NCBI GenBank assembly: GCA_002269645.1
Contig: NIVC01000762.1
Span: 1 to 64,000 of the forward strand
From: Macrostomum lignano
Lineage: Eukaryota
Direction: 5' to 3'
DNA length: 64,000 nucleotides
Positions 60,655 through 64,000 of the stretch are shown here, in pieces. The notes beneath the pieces are model-generated. The model worked only from the letters and a program-made list of their open reading frames with translations, was not told where the DNA came from and ran no database searches. A program made the translations under genes and the position numbers. Position 1 is the stretch's first letter, and each line of letters starts with the position of its first letter.

Positions 60655-61480
60655 GTCCACCTAGGAGACAGGGGTTGTCCACCTAACAGACAGGTTGTCC
60701 ACCCCTAAGAGACAGGGGTTGCCCTAAGAGACAGGGGTTGCCCTAAGAGACAGGGATTGTCCACCTAGGAGACAGGGGTTGTCCACCTAACAGACCGGTT
60801 GTCCACCCCTAAGAGACAGGGGTTTCCCTAAGAGACATGGATTGTCCATTTAGGAGACAGGGATTGTCCACCTAGGAGACAGGGGTTGTCCACCTAACAG
60901 ACCGGTTGTCCACCCCTAAGAGACAGGGGTTTCCCTAAGAGACATGGATTGTCCATTTAGGAGACAGGGATTGTCCACCTAGGAGACAGAGATTGTCCAC
61001 CTAAGAGACAGGGATTGTCCACCTAGGAGACAGGGATTGTCCACCTAAGAGACAGGGATTGTCCACCTAGGAGACAGGGATTGTCCACCTAGGAGACAGG
61101 GATTGTCCACATAGGAGACAGAGATTGTCCACCTAAGAGACAGGGATTGTCCACCTAGGAGACAGGGGTGTCCACCTAGCACCTAGGAGACCTGGGGTGT
61201 CCAGTTAAAAGTGACAGGGTTTTCCACATAAGAGACAGGGGTGTCCACCTAGCACCTAGGAGACATGGGGTGTCCAGTTAAAAGAGACAGGGTTTTCCAC
61301 ATAAGAGACAGGGGTGTCCACCTATGAGACAGAGATTTTCCACCTAAGAGGCATGGATTGTTCAACTAAGAGACATGGGGTGTCCACATAAGAGACCGGT
61401 ATTGTCCACCTAAGAAACAGGGGGTGTCTACCTACATGTAAGAGATACAGGTGTCCACCTAAGTGACAGGGGTGTCTACT
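60655..61480. repeat. 22-bp minisatellite
   Basis: Unit TGTCCACCTAGGAGACAGGGAT. Confidence 0.92.
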
Positions 61481-61786
61481 AACTCAATACAAGCTGCATT
61501 TGACACGGCCAAGTCATAGTTAACATCTCATCTTGGAATGAGAAGACTTACTTAAACCATGACTCCAATTTCTATTCTGAGACCACCTTGACAGAGCAGT
61601 ACTTTGCAGATGCAAGCGAAAGCATTCACTTCAGCTATTCCACTCTGAGTTGATGTTTCCATTCTGAATGGCAGGACTGAATAGCCGATGCAAGACCAGA
61701 CAAAGTGATGTTTAACTGGCTCTGAGCACTGCAATTATAGAGCATTAATTGCGTAATTATGGAGCATAACTTTCTCTGGCATGCAA

Positions 61787-61960
61787 GGCTGCTCCTAGCC
61801 CAGTGGTCTGTGCGGCGCTCCGATAAGCCAGCGGCCCAGGCTCGATTCCAAGTGCAGTCGTACTAATTTGGGGCTAAATTGGAATCTCGGCTTGGCTCTG
61901 CTCGTGCAATTAATGGGCTTGAGGGCCAACCCCTTAAGGCACAGTGAAGTGTACATGCCT
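61787..61960 (+). mobile_element. tRNA-derived SINE-like element (copy 2, uninterrupted)
   Basis: A box TAGCCCAGTGG (61796-61806), B-box-like GGCTCGATTCC (61839-61849) and acceptor-like pairing GGCTGC/GCAGTC. No canonical anticodon arm. Homologous to 14142-14499. Confidence 0.62.
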
Positions 61961-62452
61961 AGGAAGCGCCATTCCAATGTGTTTTACAGGTGAGAGGCGC
62001 CATTCCCATGTGTTTTATAGGTGAGAGGCGCCATTCCCACGTTTTATAACAGGTGAGAGGCGCCATTCCCATGTGTTTTACAGGTGAGAGGCGCCATTCC
62101 CACGTTTTATAACAGGTGAGAGGCGCCATTCCCATGTGTTTTATAGGTGAGAGGCGCCATTCCCACGTTTTCTAACAGGTGAGAGGCGCCATTCCTATGT
62201 GTTTTACAGGTGAGAGGCGCCATTCCCACGTTTTCTAACAGGTGAGAGGCGCCATTCCAATGTGTTTTACAGGTGATAGGCGCCATTCCCATGTGTTTTA
62301 AAGGTGAGAGGCGCCATTCCCACGTTTTCTAACAGGTGAGAGGCGCCATTCCAATGTGTTTTACAGGTGAGAGGCGCCATTCCCACGTTTTCTAACAGGT
62401 GAGAGGCGCCATTCCCATGTGTTTTACAGGTGAGAGGCGCCATTCCAATGTG
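61960..62452. repeat. About 31-bp minisatellite, about 15 copies
   Basis: Unit ACAGGTGAGAGGCGCCATTCCCATGTGTTTT. Confidence 0.94.
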
Positions 62453-62760
62453 TAAATAGACTAAAGTGTCCGGGGAAATTTGAAGGGTTGGGCATTGGAA
62501 AAGAGTTGCTGCTCCAAGTCCTGGGTCTGTGTATTCCTTGCCCAGACTTTGTCGGCTAGGGACTTTTAGAGAGCAATAAAATCATGCCGCCGCTGTATAA
62601 TTGCAGGTTGCCATGGAGACGGCAGAAAACCCTACACAGACATCGGCGCCCCCGTCTTCTCGTCTCTGCCAATCAGCGGCAGCTGGAAATCTTGGCCAAA
62701 CTGAGAGCCTATTTTAGGCTGCTGCGATCCAGCCAGCGCCCCCAGCTGTCGCTCGGCAAC

Positions 62761-63657
<897 letters not shown>

Positions 63658-63717
63658 GTGAGTCTGCAAATCTCTTTGTTATTCCTGCTTTCAGTCACTG
63701 TGTGCAGCAGTTCATGA

Positions 63718-64000
63718 GCTCTATCCACACTCTATCCACACTCTATCCACACTATCCTCACTCTATCCATACTCTATCCACACTCTATCCACACTCTATC
63801 CCCACTCTATCCACACTCTATCCCCACTCTATCCACTCTATCCCTACTACCACACTCTATCCTCACTCTATCCACACTCTATCCCCACTCTATCCACTCT
63901 ATCCCTACTACCACACTCTATCCTCACTCTATCCACACTCTATCCCCACTATATCCACACTCTATCCACTCTATCCACACTCTATCCCCACTCTATCCAC
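63718..64000. repeat. 11-bp minisatellite in CAP intron 2
   Basis: Unit CTCTATCCACA. Confidence 0.93.

Noticed and set aside
61787-61860. Functional tRNA gene
   Set aside because: A and B boxes are present, but I could not fold a canonical D or anticodon arm, and homology continues beyond the tRNA-like part in a second copy. Treated as a SINE.
62584-62760. Upstream in-frame ATG extending the CAP protein by 59 aa
   Set aside because: The extension is basic and would bury the clear signal peptide that starts at 62761/62764.

Overview
This is eukaryotic (metazoan) genomic DNA, not prokaryotic. Genes are spliced with GT-AG introns, coding exons are GC-rich, and nearly every intron holds its own mini- or microsatellite. 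The overall style resembles the flatworm Macrostomum, but that is an unverified inference. Genes supported by exon reconstruction: (1) the 3' part of a giant protein built from at least 7 near-identical 308-aa helical repeats plus a unique tail (1-10055, +); (2) three tandem single-exon secreted PAN/Apple + C-type lectin genes, one degenerate (12.2-18.8 kb, -); (3) a 7-exon ankyrin-like repeat gene (19.4-30.2 kb, -); (4) a Nova/pasilla 3-KH RNA-binding gene (34.2-40.6 kb, +); (5) a Scratch zinc-finger gene (48.1-52.1 kb, -); (6) a CAP/SCP secreted protein gene running off the right edge (62.8 kb onward, +). There is also a weak orphan exon chain at 45.4-46.3 kb. Mobile DNA: two solo LTRs of one family with different 4-bp TSDs, a BEL/Pao integrase relic, two tRNA-derived SINE copies and a MITE nested in one SINE. 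No rRNA, intact tRNA or CRISPR array was found. Recurrent single-G deletions suggest long-read consensus errors, so frameshifts need care. Copy numbers are manual estimates.
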